A stretch of 64,000 nt of DNA from the human T2T-CHM13v2.0 reference genome, Homo sapiens. Positions 62,333 through 64,000 of this stretch are shown piece after piece. A program made the position numbers and the translations under genes. How positions within the stretch are numbered: position 1 is the first letter of the stretch; each line of letters opens with the position of its first letter. The stretch is from assembly GCF_009914755.1 (NCBI RefSeq), contig NC_060925.1; one strand, written 5' to 3'. The notes under the pieces are model-generated. The model saw nothing but the letters and a program-made list of their open reading frames with translations. It made no database searches and was not told the DNA's origin.

Positions 62333-62627
62333 GGCTGGGTGTGGTGGCTCATGCCTGTAGTACCAGTACTTTGGAAGGCTGAGGTGGGCAGATCACTTGA
62401 GGTCAGGAGTTCGAGACCAGCCTGGCCAATATGGTAAAACCTGTCTCTACTAAAAATACAAAAATTAGCCAGGCATGGTGGTGCGTGCCTCTAATCCCAG
62501 ATTCTTGAGTGGCTGAGGCATGAGAATTGCTTGAACCCAGGAGGCGAAGGCAGTGAGCTGAGATCGCACCACTGCACTCCAGCCTGGGTGACAGAATGAG
62601 ACTCCGTCTCAAAAACAAAACAAAAAA
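62333..62627 (+). mobile_element. AluSz-like
   Basis: Perfect 18-bp TSD CCAAAGTGGGAAATCTGG at 62315-62332 and 62628-62645. Confidence 0.95.
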
Positions 62628-62798
62628 CCAAAGTGGGAAATCTGGTGGGTGGGAGGTACTGGACCAATGAGTTCACACAGGCTAATCTTTCAGACTTCTG
62701 GGGTTCATTCCAATAAAGATTTGATTTAATTAAAGAAGAATCTATAAAGTGTCTATTTTGCATGCAGAGCAATATGAGAAATACATAGAAGAAGCATG

Positions 62799-63639
<841 letters not shown>

Positions 63640-64000
63640 GCATGTAACAGTTTGGAAAGGACATAGGAGTAGGTATGCTGACTTACACACACACACACAT
63701 CCCCCAAGGTGATGAAACAAAGGATACAGGGTCAAATCCAGCACTAAAGCGCATGCCATCCAGCAGCAGTATTTTATGGTGTAAATGTCTTAGTTCACTG
63801 GAATCCCTGGTGTCATTCAGTGCCTCTCACTCAGCATTTCCACACAGGCCCACCTCACACATGACACCACCCTTCACAAAGCTCTGCATAAGGACCAATC
63901 AGAACCTCAAGCTCAACACAGACAAGAGTTCTGTTGGAACTCTAGGAAGAAAGCCATTCTCTGAAACCTTTCTGGGGCTGGAGCACTTGTCAAGAGTAAA

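Overview
Primate genomic DNA; AluY copies point to a catarrhine and human is plausible, but the locus cannot be placed without a search. I find no protein-coding gene and no CpG island, and the ORF track is explained by repeats or chance. The window is dense in transposable elements: about 28 Alu copies or monomers, 2 FAMs, 3 FLAMs, a full-length 7SL processed pseudogene, and about 23 LTR elements (by my hand tally about 13 kb, roughly half of 26-44 kb), including one full-length THE1 with matching TSDs. It also holds old L1M/L1PA, L2, MIR and DNA-transposon MITEs. The best observations are three short fold-back hairpins inside repeats (19.07, 37.90, 62.87 kb), non-matching blocks in the two LTRs of one THE1, a multi-layer nested LTR stack at 41-43 kb, a well-formed non-coding exon candidate (35759-35880) and a TATA/Inr/donor promoter candidate (37.5 kb). 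I cannot support a new biological system from the sequence alone. Subfamily names come from my recall of consensus sequences and need Dfam/RepeatMasker confirmation.
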